Of a stretch of DNA of 64,000 nt, positions 1 through 13,039 are shown piece by piece. How positions within the stretch are numbered: the first letter of the stretch is position 1; every line of letters begins with the position of its first letter. Below the pieces are notes generated by a model that searched no databases, was not told where the DNA came from, and was given only the letters and a program-made list of their open reading frames with translations. A program made the position numbers and the translations under genes. This DNA comes from Amphiscolops sp. MND2022 (Eukaryota): NCBI GenBank assembly GCA_964187785.1, contig OZ076409.1:78804001-78868000 (forward strand), given 5' to 3'.

Positions 1-367
1 CACCCTTTCACGTTTGTGTGACTGAGGGCTATAGAATCTTATGTCCACATCCAGCGGAATGAATTTACCGGCTACAAACCCGGACGGTGACTTACCTCTC
101 AGTTGACACAGTGTACAAAATACACCTCGTGTACCGTTAAGATTGTCTGTTTGTCTCTACCTGACATTTGTTCCGATCTCGATTTCTTGCCAAACAACTC
201 AACCTTTTGCATAAATGTTTAAAAGAGTTTAATGATACTCAGTAGTGGTATTCTATATCCTTATATGTACAGATTTTATACAGAACTGAAAAGTCTAGAG
301 AATCAAACGCGTTTTTGAGATCAATGAGGACGCGATTCCACAGTCACTTTGTTTCTTTTTAAAAAAA

Positions 368-950
368 AACAAGACGGGAACGTCTAAATTCGGTGCTATT
401 TCCAAGGCTCAAAAAGTGCAAAGTTTTTAAAATTGTAAAAGGGGTACATTTTTGGCTTTTTGGAAATCCAGTTTATTACAAAATGTTCTTAAAAAATTGA
501 AGGGGCCCAACGAAAACATTACAAAATTTTCGAAAAAAAAAAACAAATTAGAATTTTGAACGGTCTCATAGTGCCAAAAAATGTAAACGGGCCCTTTAGG
601 CTTTTGCAACACTCATTCAAAAGCGAAATACCAAAAAAATTGAAGGGGTCTCTTCGGAGACATTAAAAATTTTCGCAAAAAAAGTCTCACAAAGCCGAAA
701 AAGCGGCGAAAAGTCTCATAGTGCCAACAAATTGCAAAGGGACACCGTTCTGCTTTGCAATGGTTCTGTATTTCATGTTAGAGGCATTGGATGTGTTCAA
801 AACCAAGTACTATGTACTTTTGGTTAAAGTGCACAGTGCACGAAAAGTGGTACCTACAGGGTGAGATCTGTGGTCTACCGAAAAAATAAAGAAAAAAATT
901 AGCCACTGTAATAGTCGGGCAATTCTCACTAGAAAAGCGCCGATTAAAAA
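368..950 (-). mobile_element. Non-autonomous Helentron (HINE/DINE-1-like) element, copy 1
   Basis: One end AACAAG + hairpin AGACG-ggaa-CGTCT + subterminal repeat (ttcggtgc, variant of gtcggcgc). Other end AGTCGGGC...GCGCCGATTAAAA (subTIR plus partial inverted repeat). Inserted in A/T runs with no TSD. Strand follows Helentron convention (T-rich subTIR end = 5'). Confidence 0.75.
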
Positions 951-957
951 GAACATA

Positions 958-2122
958 CGCCACACGTCAAAACATTTTGGACGAAGTCACAACACTGCAT
1001 TATTGGAATTGATTGCTCGCTCCTATACATAGTTCCTATACATAGATTAGTTTGGTTAAACGTTTAGAAAACGCACTCCAAAGAGATGGTAAATCTTGTT
1101 GAATAAAATTCCATGAGTGGACAGTTTTATTGGAAAACTAGCACTAGATTTCGGTTTGAGTAAATCAACTGTTGCCTTTTTGGCAAAAACAAATCATGGC
1201 GTCAAGCATGGAACTCAGCGGCCACACAGCATTATTACGAAAGTGCATGAGAAGAAGGAAACGAGAAGTTGCACGGTTCAAGCAACATCAAGAAAAAGTT
1301 ACATCAAGAAACATTGAAACCAAACTACATTGTGGAAGCTGCTAGAGGAACAATATAGCAGACACTGAAGCGCCATAGTTTTTTCTACAAAAAAGACAAA
1401 AAATGCCACAAAAAGACAATGATACTAACGGTAAATCAAAACAAGATTGTGTATAAATATGCACTCACTGAATTTGAAAGATCAATTGGAATTTTTTTTT
1501 CACTGACAAAAAGAAACTTGTCTTAAACGGGCCGGATAATTGGAGAATCATACAGCAAGAGCAGTTTAGAAAATCTCCGAAATTCCAGGAAAAAAAGACA
1601 AGCTGGAAGTAATGGTTTGCTGTTTTTTATTGGGGCATAATTCTTTCAAATGGCATGCTTTTCCTGGGAAAAGTTTCAAGCCGGAGGAAATCTATGGCGT
1701 ACCAGTGAACTTTATCTGGTCTTGCGGTGATGGCAATAAGGGATATCATCGGTAATGATTTTGTTCTCCAACAGGACAATTGTGGTATTTAGTTTGCTCA
1801 GTCCACAATGGAATTTCGGAAAATCGTGGAACTGATTTCCTTAAATGGCACAGTAGAAGCTTTGATTTAAATATCATGGAGAATGAAGAAAGAGAACATC
1901 GTGTCGAAAAAGAGGTTGTGGACATAAATTTGAGTTGTTCCGATTAATGGGTTAAGTTACTCGACTCTCTGCCAGTTCGTAATAATGGGAAACAAGGTAT
2001 TGAAATTCCCTAATAAACTAGCTCCGGTGTTTTATGGTGGTCCAAAAAGTTTTGACACGTTTAGCATCTACGAGCTAGGATCGCATGTTTTAGAATAGTC
2101 CAAAAAGTTTTGACGTACAGCG
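958..2122 (+). mobile_element. Decayed Tc1/mariner DNA transposon
   Basis: TA-flanked TIRs cgccacacgtcaaaacattttggac / gtccaaaaagttttgacgtacagcg. Broken transposase motifs FTDKKKLVLNGPDNW (~1500), QQDN (~1770), SFDLNIMEN (~1860). Confidence 0.85.
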
Positions 2123-2498
2123 TAATCAATAAACTCAGCAACTAGAGGAGTAATTAGAAGTGGATCTGGACAAAATAGATGGTTTCTGATGAACAAAAAT
2201 TTGATGAGAACCAGTTTGAGCATTTTGCCCGTCAATTTCAGTGGAATAGTGGATCTGTAATTGTCGGTGTTGTGTTTTTCATTTGGTTTTTCCAAGCAAT
2301 TGACTTCAATTATCTTGAGTTTGTTTGGAAGAACGTCAACTTCAATGCCTTTATTCACCGTGAATGACAATCTTGAATTACTTGATCTTTTTTTATTACC
2401 AAAGAATATCAATTTAGCTTTTCGTAACTGACGTTCGTTGTATCAGGGTCGGTGTTAGTTTGATTTTGAGTTTGTCAAGCATTAAACTAATTTCTCAC

Positions 2499-3071
2499 TT
2501 TTCAGTCAGCGCTGTTTGACAAAAAGTGCTCGACTATAACAGTAGCTAGTCTTTTTTCTTTTTTTTTCTTCAGACCAAAGACCTCATCGTGTATGTACCA
2601 CTTTTTAGTACAGTCTTTACTCGGTTTACGGTGAACCCAGTGGTCACGGGTTCGAGTGCTTTCTTTAGCCAGAAACTTTTTTGAGCATTTGCGAGAGCGG
2701 ACGAGACTGAAGGGTCCCTCTTTCAGTCTTTTTTTGGCACTGTGCGAGTTTTTTTGATTTTTTTTGCTTTCAAACGGTCCCACCTACAAGTGTTTTTGAT
2801 ATTTTCCAGCAAATTAAAGTGCCAAAAAGCCCAAAGGGTCTCCCGTTTTATGTTTTGGCACTATGAGACTGTTCAAAATTCTCATTTTTCGTTTTTTTTT
2901 CGATTTTTTTAATTTCGCATTTTTCGTCTCCAGAGGGTCCCCCTTCAATTTATTTGATATTTTGCAACAAACTGGATCAAAAAACCCGAAGGGTCCCCTT
3001 TCACAGGTTTAAAAACGTTGCACTTTTTGAGCCTTAGATATAGCGCCGACTTTAGACGTTCCCGTCTTGTT
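2499..3071 (+). mobile_element. HINE-like element, copy 2, followed by the headless body of another member (3072-~3436)
   Basis: Starts ttttcagtcagcgc...gctcgact and ends gcgccgactttAGACGttccCGTCTtgtt. Confidence 0.75.
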
Positions 3072-3383
3072 TCTTTTTTTTCGTCAGACCAGAGAGTTCA
3101 CCCTAAATGTGCCACGTTTGATAGGGAGGTTTTTCTGTTTATTGGGAACCCAGCGGTCGCAGGGTCGAGCCCCTGCTTCCGCCCGAAACTTTTTCGTGCA
3201 TTTGCAAAAAAACGGACTAGACTAAAGGATCCCCCTTTCGATTTTTGTTCGGCTTTGTGAGTCTTTTTCCCGAAAATTTTATGTCTCCAAAGGATCCCCT
3301 TTTACAATTTTCGGCAATGTTAGATTCTTCAAAATGAGTGTTTTTTGTCCTAAAATTAGGTTTTTTAGTGGGCCAGCACGTTT

Positions 3384-4223
3384 GACGTTATATCTGAAGT
3401 AAGTTGCGTTTCACTAAAGAGGTGGTCGAGTATTAAAACAAGCCGTGAACGGCCCAAGTCGGCGCCATATCTAAGGCTCAAAAATAACAAAAGGACTTCA
3501 AAGTGTCAAGTATTCTCTTCTAGAGTACCCGTTTGAGGAAAAATTGAAAAAAAAATCCGATTTTTTTGAAATTTTTTCAAATTCTTTGGTCTCCCGTAAG
3601 TCGCATAGTGCCGAAACATGTAAAATGGGGCCCTTTGGAAGTTTTTCAACATCCATTCTTTTGCAAAATAGACAAAAAAATGAAGGGTGGACCCTTTGGA
3701 GATATTTGCGAAAAAAGTCTCACAAAGCCGAAAAAATTTGCACAAAAAAATTTTGGTCATGGCGGGACTCGAACCCATTGTCAGACCTCGAAAAAGCCGT
3801 AGTGGCCAAGTGGCAGTGAAGTAGTGTGACACAGTTTAGTGTTAGTGCCGGTTTAGTGTCAACTTATAAAATTTATAAAATCTGTCAGTTCGTTGGTCTT
3901 AAAAAAAAAGAAGTCACTACTATAGTATGCGTTTTTCTTCGAAAAGCGCCGACTAAAAATTGCGCTATATGCGAAGTTTTGACATCATATCCGCAGAATA
4001 TTGTGTTTTACTAAGGAGGAAGCGAATGTTCAAAACAATTGCACTAGTTGCGAATTTTTGATGTTATATCAGAAGTATTTAGCGTTTTACAAAGGAGGTA
4101 GCGGAGGTTCGAAAACACAACTGTACTATTTCAAAACTTTTGACGTTATATTCGGATTAAACTGCGTTCTACAAAGGAGTATGCGGAGGTTGCGTTATAT
4201 TAAAAATATTGCTCTATTTCCAA
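3384..4223. repeat. Degenerate ~80-bp minisatellite (gacgttatatccgaagt...actaaggaggaggcggaggttcgaaa), split by HINE copy 3
   Basis: Unit anchors near 3384, 3981, 4060 and 4142. The same unit recurs at ~24260-24420, ~27150-27230 and 27640-28020. Confidence 0.7.
3437..3959 (-). mobile_element. HINE-like element, copy 3
   Basis: aacaaGCCGtgaaCGGCccaagtcggcgcc ... gcgccgactaaaa. Interrupts an ~80-bp tandem array. Confidence 0.8.
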
Positions 4224-4759
4224 TTTTTAGTCGGCGCTTTTCGTAGAAAACGCAAACTATAGCAGTGACTTTTCTTTCTTTTTAAGACCAACGAACTGAC
4301 AAATTTTATAAGCTTCTTTAGCTGGCTTGCACTAACGCTAACTGCCATACTACTTCTACTGGCACCTGGCATAGAGTTTAATTAGAATTTTTTGAGTTCT
4401 GCCAAGCAGAAGGACGTGGGTTCGTGTCCCGACCTTGACCAAAATTTTTTTGCGTGTTGTTTCGGCTGTGTGAAACTTTTTTTCGCAAATTTTTTAAATA
4501 TCTCCAAAGGGTGGGTCCCCTTCAATTTTGTTTTCTATTTTGCAACAGAATGGATGTTCGAAAAATCCCGAAAGGCCCCCCTTTTACATTTTTCGGCACT
4601 GTGCGACTTACAAGAAACTTCAAAAAAATTCGAAAAAAAATTTTGGCAACTTTTTTCCTCATTCGGGTTCTGTAGAAGAGAGTACTTGACACTTTGAAGT
4701 CCTTTTGCTCTTTTTTGAGCCTTAGATATGGCGCCAACTTGGGCCGTTCCCGGCTTGTT
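4224..4759 (+). mobile_element. HINE-like element, copy 4
   Basis: tttttagtcggcgc ... ggcgccaacttggGCCGttccCGGCttgtt. Confidence 0.8.
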
Positions 4760-5449
4760 TGTTTTTAAGACCAGCCTTTCTGGTACTATGCGACTTTTTT
4801 CCAATTTGTTTTCATCAAACCCATCAAAGAATGGAGTAATTAGCATACTACTTGGTGCTATTAATTATCGACAAGCTGGATGCACCCCTCGTGTACGATT
4901 TTACAAACTTTGTAATTGGCATCTGATTTGATCACCATAAAGCTTCGAATTAATTATGTCATCTAATGAAACACTGACCCCAAAGTGTGACCTTTTGAAG
5001 AACAGTCACTCAACCAGAGGCTGTCGATCCTGAGACAAGTTGTTTCCGAAACTCTTACAACTGCATTCATCTGTCAAGTAACACGCTAATGGTCCCAAAA
5101 GTTCCAACTTTGGAGAATTTTATCCTGTTTGTATCTTTCGTTTATTTGCAAATGAAAAATAGCCGTTATTTCTGTCGGTTGGGACTGACTTTGTCAGTGA
5201 TAGTTACTTACCATTTCGATACGATCCACAACAAGCAATGTATTTATGAATGGTAATTTGGCTCTGAAAAACCACTATAGATGGCGATTAAAGGCGGACT
5301 ATTGCAGACTGATTCTTTTTCTCGACTTGTTTTTTTGTAAAATGATACCAAGACCGTTAAGAAATGCAGCAGAAAAAGCTTTATTTAGTGTGCAGAAAAG
5401 AATTGAAAAGCAACCAAAAAACAGTCAGTAAACTGACTCCCTGACTAAC

Positions 5450-5652
5450 CAGTTCTAGTAGTTGATACAGGGTGACGTCTGTATATATCCAGAAGGGGTT
5501 GGAGTTGTTCTGGTTGGGGATGGCCAGTTTAGAGTATCCCTGCAGGAGAGACATCTCCAGATGATAACTGGCATTAGTCACCGCTGTCTTAGAGGTCGAC
5601 CTGAAGTTGGATCCACCGGCAGCTGCTGCCATGTAAGGATTGTAGGTGGCTT
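5450..5652 (-). CDS. Internal coding exon of a Cys-loop ligand-gated ion channel (nicotinic acetylcholine receptor-like), N-terminal ligand-binding domain
   Basis: Acceptor ttattcttcag and donor CTG|gttagt; 203 nt, phase 1 to phase 0. Encodes ...YHLEMSLLQGYSKLAIPNQNNSNPFWIYTDVTLYQLLEL, matching the 'L..dLl.gY.k..rP..n.s..v.V....l.Qlidl' alpha1-beta1 pattern. Other exons not located. Confidence 0.7.
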
Positions 5653-8295
5653 CTGAAGAATAACAAAAATTGTTCTGAATGCCTGGTTTCAGCTTGAAGA
5701 GAAAAAGTGGGTAGTGGAAGAATTTACAAATGAATAAAATTTTCTTCCTATATTGAGCCCAAAAACGGAGCAAAAACTTGCTGACATTGCTTTTTTTCAG
5801 AAAAACCTACAATTTTTTTCTCATTCCTCTTCTTCAAAAAAAAACTGGAAACGCAAATGCGGCTTGTTTTTGAAAAATTCGTTATGGCAGCATGGCATAT
5901 GAAGGTTTGAGATTCGCTGCTGCATAACAGGACAGTGTTTCAATCAAGCATAGTTAGTCTCGATTCAAAACGAATTGGTTGATTTGTGATTGGAAACTGC
6001 TGTCTATAATTCAGTTCAGCTTGTTCACAAAGTTTCAACTGCGTTCCGGTACAAACATGAATCCATCCTAAACCTCCCAGGATTGGGTTTGAACCCAACT
6101 AAGTGTTAGGATTGGTTCTCAGGGCGGGGACTTTAAGAGCTTTTGCTCATTCCTCGTCCTTATTGGATATGTTACTCCCCCATCCAGTTATTTTTCCTGA
6201 TTGGTTCCTTTTCAATCTCATCTTGCTTAAGCTGCGCTCACTTTTGTTTAAAGTACTAGTCTCCATTGACACCTCTGATTGTATTTGTCACCTTATGAAG
6301 CATAGTCCCCCCAAATTGCGCCTCCTGAAAAACACACACCCTGAAGGCCTGTCTTTCCTAATATCTCAAAATTTCATGCAACAAAATCCTTTCCATTTTG
6401 TGTCGTTTATTTTCACGAAGTGAGCTTTTTTGGGAATACAAAATTGTATTATGTTAATATTAGCTAATTTAAATGATTGAAAAATTAATTTTTACCCTCC
6501 AACTCATTTCAAGTGAATGACAGAAAAATATATTCGAAGGTATCATATTTTCCACGTAACTAGTTTTTATACGTCGTTGCCGAATTGCTTTTGTTCAAAA
6601 CTAGTACACTCCTCATAAAATAAGTTCCGGGAATCAACGTCTTGAAGCTTATCAAAACATGTTGCTTAAGGTCACATGTTGTCGGTTAATTCTCCAATAA
6701 TTTAAATTAATAGCTAAACACAGTTACTCCTCTTGTGTTTATTTGCTCTAGTTAATATCCGTATATTTTTGAACACAAGTTAAAACCCTTTATTTCATTA
6801 TATCACCAGTGCATGATTGCGCGATAATCAAGCAGGGTCCCCTATGCCCACAGGGTCCAGACTATGCCAGACTGTGCCAGAGTTGTCTATCAATGGAAGG
6901 GGATTTGTTTGAGCTGTCAGTCGGCCAGTTATTTCTTTTTGAAAGGGTGTAACATTTGAAAGCCCACTTGTCAACACACGTGAAACTCAGCACAGATTTA
7001 TGTCGCAACCTATGTGAAGTTTTACTAGATTAGACGCTGGATATTTCAGGCGCAATCGTTCTGCCAAGATTGGCGCAAAATTTCACTGAATTTGGAGTAA
7101 GAGGCATTTAATAACTAGTTATAATGCGGCGTGAGGAAATGAACAGATCAAGTTAATTCTGATTTATTGTAACCAAGCACGTTATCCTGTCAAATATCCA
7201 TGATTCGTACAAGATGAGAAAGCATTCATTTCAGAAGTTGGAAACTTTTTCATGTTTTTAGAAGGATTTGATTGTCTCAACGCCTCATAAAAGTCGTTTT
7301 GAACAAACTTCTAAAGCCTCAGAAACATTTCAATGAAACAACAAAGTTTTCTAATCCGCAAAATCTTCCAAAGCAAACTTAGGCTTCGATGTCATCTTCT
7401 TTATCTTTAGCTATACAAAACATATCCCTAGAGAGGGATAAGTTATTTACAATTTAACATGTAAAATATCTGCATAATTTGTAACAGAAACCTTTAATTT
7501 TTTTAATCAGCTAGACCTTTTTATTGCTTTCCATAGAAAGAATTTCAGGAGCAAGCTCGCCTATATCGTTTCACAGATGTGCTTCTTTTGTAATATTCAA
7601 ATTTTAAACTTTATAAAACTACATGACTTTGGGCTATTGAGATTGAAAACAAAAGGATTCATGCCATTAGTATTCAGATCCTCGTGCCATTTTGACTGAA
7701 CTTGAAGTAGAAATAAACAAGAATTCATTACCCCCGCCTTTCTAAGTGAATTAAAGCAGTTTGCACTAGTTTTGTGGTTTAGAGTGTAATTTCAAATACG
7801 CAACTCATGTGTTGCAACCCTAAATGTGATTACAGTTTGAACCGAACATGTGACTTGAATCGTCAGTCCATGTTCAATGGGTGTCAGGACATTTCATCCT
7901 ATGCAATTTCAACCAAGCATAGGTAACCGTTCAATGGTAGTTGAGGTATCAAAAGTTTCGAAATACTAAGCTTCGCGAAAACTGCGAGGGATCAGACTGG
8001 ACCAAAACTTTTGCAAGGTATTGTTTTAAAAAAAATTTGTCTTGCTTTTTGAATTTTGTTCGTTTCTGAAACCTGTAAAAAGAGCCGAAAACAATCTGTA
8101 CTAAGATGTTTTCTCTTTGGTGTCTCCGTGTATCATAGATTTCTTTGAAAAAAGGGTATTTGAAAGATATTGAATATAGGAGCGCCTTTTTCATATATGC
8201 TGTGACGATAAAATTTTAAGAAAGCGAGGTACTTTTTATCGGTGGGAGAATAGTTTCACGCAAAAACGTAGCTGGAAAATAGGCTAACAAACGTA

Positions 8296-8790
8296 CTGGT
8301 ACTTCACTGCAAACCACCAGTGGCCACCGGTGGAGACACTTTCGGGCCGTCAATTTTGCCTCCCCTGGAGGGCACCGGTGGTCCACCGGAGGCAACCGGT
8401 GGAAAACTTTGGTTTGAGTGTTTTTGAGTTCTAGAATCATGTGCTCGGAAATGCTTAACAGTGTGAATTTTGCTTGTCATCATTTTTTAGTTGAAATGCA
8501 TGTTTTTTCTGGTTTCGAACAATTATTAGTTACTTCAGATGGTTACCTCAATGATCCGGGTAGCATTAAGGACGCTTTTCGGCACCACGTTTCCTGAAAC
8601 CGCTTGATAGGTAGAATGCTATGAATTTTGGGTTAAGATCTAAAATCACTGTATTTTTGTGGAATAAGGCCTAAAAATGGACACTGGTTGGATGCAAACA
8701 CAGGTTTGATACTGATATTTTACCAGTGGAACCATCGGTGGCCACTCGTGTATTTATCAATGTCCACGGGCGGAAATTTCAGTGAACAGT
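8296..8790. mobile_element. Degenerate MITE-like element with CCACCGGTGG palindromic subrepeats
   Basis: Several ccaccggtgg variants near both ends; weak terminal inverted match ttcactg(c)aaa / tttcagtgaa. Confidence 0.35.
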
Positions 8791-9119
8791 AGAAACTAAC
8801 TATACAGCGCAAACTTCGAAGTATTCGTTTTTGTGACCATTTTGCGGAGCGAACACTTGAAAAGAGCGTTTTCAGAGAAAGGGTTAAATATGAAAGTTAA
8901 AGAACAGTTTCAAGGTTACAAAATCGATCCTCTGGATCAATGGTTCTGCAGATAATGCGTGATAAATTTCCAAAAATTCCTCTAATTACATTGTGATGTA
9001 ACTTCAATTTTTGATTTGGTTTCGAAGCGAAAAATGCCATTATAATTGTGATTAAAATCGGAGACATGAATTTGAAATATTTTTCCGAAACTGCATACGA
9101 AAAACCTACTTTAAAGTTC

Positions 9120-9476
9120 AACAAGCCGGGACTGCCCAAGTCGGCGCCATATCCAAGGCTCAAAAATAGCAAAAAGACTTCCAAGTGTCAAGTATTCTCT
9201 TTAGTACAGTACTCGAAAATCAAAAATTTTACGTAAAAAAATTTTTCGAAAAAATTACATACTCAAAAAATGGACCGAGTGACGCGCTGAAAGGGGGACA
9301 CTTCCGAAATTGTCAACATTTTTGTCGCAATTGAAGGGGTTTTGTCGCAAAACATCAAAAAATTGAAAAGGGGAAAAATTTTATTTTCGGAAAAAAATCT
9401 CACAGTGCCGAAAAAAACTGAAAGGGAAATCCTTTGGGATTTTCCAACATCCATTCTGTCGCAAAACAGCAAACAC
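9120..9476 (-). mobile_element. HINE-like element, truncated copy
   Basis: aacaagccgggactgcccaagtcggcgccatatccaaggctc end present; the other end is absent. Confidence 0.7.
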
Positions 9477-9835
9477 TCAATTTCTACAGAAAAGAGTTAA
9501 ACAATGTGAACCGTAACCCGGTAGGTAGGCAATGAGGAGAAACGGGGATACTAGTCCCGATAAGCTCTTGGAATCCGTTGAAAGTTTATCAAAAGAAATG
9601 AATCTCACGCTTTGCCAACAGATGGATTCACTCATAAATGTCGTGCAAGCACAGACAAGGAAAGCAATCAATTCTGCGATAAATGAAAGAGTGATCCCTG
9701 AAATACAAACACAGTAGCTTTTGAGAGAAAAGAACTTCGGAACGGGTACGTCCATTTATCTACAGGGTCTCGGCAATCGGCCGGATGGGTCTCAAACAAA
9801 TCTATTAAAGAAGTAATCTAGATATGCTTTTGACA
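9477..9835 (+). mobile_element. Probable LTR-retrotransposon fragment (gag-like helical ORF 9532-9717)
   Basis: Amphipathic ORF ...LSKEMNLTLCQQMDSLINVVQAQTRKAINSAINERVIPEIQ; segment ends in TGACA like an LTR end. Identity inferred, not proven. Confidence 0.35.
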
Positions 9836-12680
9836 TTAGTTTTACGTTTCATCCGGGGTTTTTTTGCCATTCTTCCACTAGTTTGTGCCAAAAGATATAT
9901 AACTCGTAATCAAATGTGGCATTTGATAGGCCACTTGTCCTAGCGGGTAACGTGGATATCTCACCGTGGTGAGTGAGTTTCCGTCCGTGGATGTGGGATT
10001 GAGCCCCTTGATTTACCAAATTCTCATTTTAGGATTTTGGGATTGATTAGGCCTTATTCGACTACTTTTAATCGAAGGGTCCGTTGTTTTTGAACGAAGG
10101 GTTTTCTGTGATTTTCGGCAGAAACAGGGTGCACTTGGCTCTTCTCGGCACTGTGACAGTTACCGAAGATTTTTCCGAAACATTTTCACATATTGTTTTT
10201 GCTTTTTAGATGTTTTGTGCTAAAGCAAACCGTTTTCCGAGTCCTAAAACCTGTTTTTTGTCTTATGGGACTCATGAGAATTTTCGTAGTAATTGTGACT
10301 TTTCTCAAACAAAAAATTATCTGGAAATATAATGGAAAAGTCTTTTCACTTTAAAAGGTCCCCTCTTGGACATTTTCTGATTCACAGTATACGAAAAGCT
10401 TCGCAGTGCCACCACGCCTCTTGTATTTTCCAATCAGCCAAAATGAAAGCACGTGAAAAGTTTTGATGAACCCCTTCAATTTATGAATTGAGCCCCTTCA
10501 GGTTTCGCAACTTTTGATATTCAATTCAGATTGACAGCGATTCACTTTCTACTTTTTAAAGTGATTTATTCTTTTTTTTAAATGTTAATGACCGAATTGT
10601 TCATAATATGCAGAAAAAATTCCATATCCACCGACATTGGTTGCAGTCCATTTCTGGGGAATGGAAAGGAGTTTTGAAATTAATAAAGTTTCTTTGAGTC
10701 AAATTGTCAAAATGAAACGTTTTGTTATGTTAAAGAATTATTTGATACGTACTTGATAATTGCGGGGATCCCAACAGTAAAGCAATAAAGAGATATTTAG
10801 TCATTGCATCCGACAATTCCTTATCGTTTCAAAGTTGGAGCTACGAGGATTTTATAATATTGCCAGAGGAAAGTTTCCATCAAATATTTGCCGCTAATTT
10901 CTTGATGGCTAGAACGATAATCTCGGTGTAATTAAAACTTAACAAACGGGGCACCAATTAATAACTGAGACCTGTTTTGTTTGATGGAAGCTTGAGTTTC
11001 GTGTAACAATGCAAACCAATAAGCTGTCAATAGCAGCATACTTAAGAGAAACCAAGATCTTCTGAGAAACCAAATATTTCGAAAATCCAGATTTCGTATG
11101 GGTGACTGCTTTTTTAAATACAAAAAACAATTTCTGACAACCATCGATTCTTCTGGAACAAAATGGAATCAAAAGTGCGGATAAAGTTCCATTTATATCT
11201 CATTTGTTCCAAAAGCCTGCGGTTAGACCGTCTGGTACGAGATACCATGGAGAATAAATTCCACAGCTATATTCGCCGCTTCTGATTGGCTGAAATAATT
11301 CCTCCAGCTAACGCCGAACTTTTCGAAAGAATTACTACAAACTGTAATATTGAGACAATAAACTGACAATTTGTAGCCCCTTGAGCGCATGCATGAGTTG
11401 ATAATAAAAATTACTTGTCAAAAAGCAATAAATTCATGCGTGGTGTCGCTCAAAATTTAAAAATTGCGATGAATTGTTAAGTGATAAGTTTTTTATCATT
11501 ACAAAATGAAAACCCAGTCATAAAGTCTGGGGTACCTGCAAAGTGTCTTGACGAAGAGCCAGCGATCGTCCGACGATATCGATGCCAGAAGCAATAAAAC
11601 AAGCTGAAGATGCTTATTTTTTACTGTTCGCTCAATTACAGCACAGTAGTCCAATGGTTTTTAAAATCTCTTTCATGCATTCTCCGCAAAAGCAATTGTT
11701 CAAAAAGCACTTAAGTTACTCACTAAATAAGTATCAAAGTTGATCGTGATTTACACGGTTCGATACTATTCTGATGATGGCTTTTCAGTCATCTGCGGTT
11801 TTCATCAAGCCTTGTAATAGATTCATCTGAAATTCAGCTGTGAGAACAATTGAAGAAAATTGAAAATTCTGCTTTTTCATACAATTTCAACCTACCATTA
11901 TTAAAATTCAACAAACATGAATTTCTGATTATGTGATTACTTTGCGAACAGCATCAAATTGTGCATCATTTAATCTTTTTCATTGCTCTCTTTAAAGAGC
12001 AATTTCGAAATTTCCAAATTTTGAAAAAATGAAGCAATTGGTTGAATTTCGATGCTGAAATTTTTCGTCACAAGATGTCGCACAGTCTAGCGTCACACAT
12101 GTCAAGCTGTCTGATTAACGCATGAGCAGTGATGTGTAAATTCAAGCATCATTTTCAAACTGTTAAAACCAGGTTTTAGAAAATATCCAAGGTTGTCGAC
12201 AACCATTCACTGAAAAGTTCCATGTTTTCTCATGTTGAATTATTGTAGAGTGAATTTTCCATCGAATATTTTGTTATGAGAATTTTATAATTGCAAAATG
12301 AAGCCTATAGATACTGGTAAGCTTACACTTATTCGGAGTATTTATCAATCTTCTACAGTTGATGATGGAGAACATCATGATGTGTTCTTCAAAGCCATTG
12401 ATTCGAAAAATTATTCTGGAGTCCTGATAAGTCATGAATTGTTTCACTTTCACTACGTCACGTTCTCCAAGTTTTTACTGGACTTTCAGGAATTTTTACT
12501 GGTATTACTGTCAAGAAGCTAATTGCTCATATAAAAATAAAAATTTTTAACGGTTATCGATCAAAGCATATTTGGATGGATTCATGTTTTAGGTGAAAAG
12601 AAATGTGAAATCCTCTCGCCTTACGTAATACGCAAACAATAGTCAAGGAGACTTTTCATGTGATTTGCTTGACAGCTATT

Positions 12681-12771
12681 CACAAGTCTGAAAATAAATT
12701 TGGGTTGCACAACTCCGAAAATAAATTTGGGTTGCACAAGTCCGAAAATGATTTCGAGTTGCACAAGTCCA
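12681..12771. repeat. 27-bp tandem repeat, ~3.3 copies (cacaagtccgaaaataaatttgggttg)
   Basis: Directly visible; explains the 'LCNPNLFS' repeats in ORF 12680-12868. Confidence 0.8.
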
Positions 12772-12854
12772 AAAAAACACTCATCATATTTGTTGTATGG
12801 CTCGGTCGCTTCGCTCCCTTCGTCTCATTCGCTCGATAAGTAAAGTGAAAATTA

Positions 12855-13001
12855 CTGAAACGCTTCAAAAATTACAGCGAAACGACCAGCCCAAAACCCT
12901 GGAAATGACGAGTTTTTCGAAGAGTTTGAAACTCTTCGAAAAACTTGTCTTTTCCAGGGTTTTGGGCTGGTCGTTTCGCTGTAATTTTTGAAGCGTTTCA
13001 G
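12855..13001. repeat. Near-perfect 147-bp palindrome (73-bp arms, 1-nt loop at 12928)
   Basis: ctgaaacgcttcaaaaattacagcgaaacgaccagcccaaaaccctgg... mirrored exactly except for 2 mismatches; extends imperfectly to ~12835-13021. Confidence 0.95.
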
Positions 13002-13039
13002 CGATTTTGAATTTATTTATCAAGTGAATTACTTATCGA

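Noticed and set aside
96..160. Possible minus-strand exon (strong GTAAGT donor)
   Set aside because: Weak acceptor, stops in all three frames, no recognisable homology.
3384..4223. CRISPR-like array or Shine-Dalgarno (aaggagg) repeats
   Set aside because: Whole units are homologous and degenerate, so this is a minisatellite; no cas genes.
5212..5263. Next exon of the nAChR-like gene (good AG and GTAAGT sites)
   Set aside because: The phase-0 translation SQITIHKYIACCGSYRN does not match the expected DEKNQ..W segment; the LWIVSKW frame has an upstream stop.
10600..11340. GPCR-like pseudogene on the minus strand
   Set aside because: Hydrophobic fragments only, many stops, no diagnostic motif.
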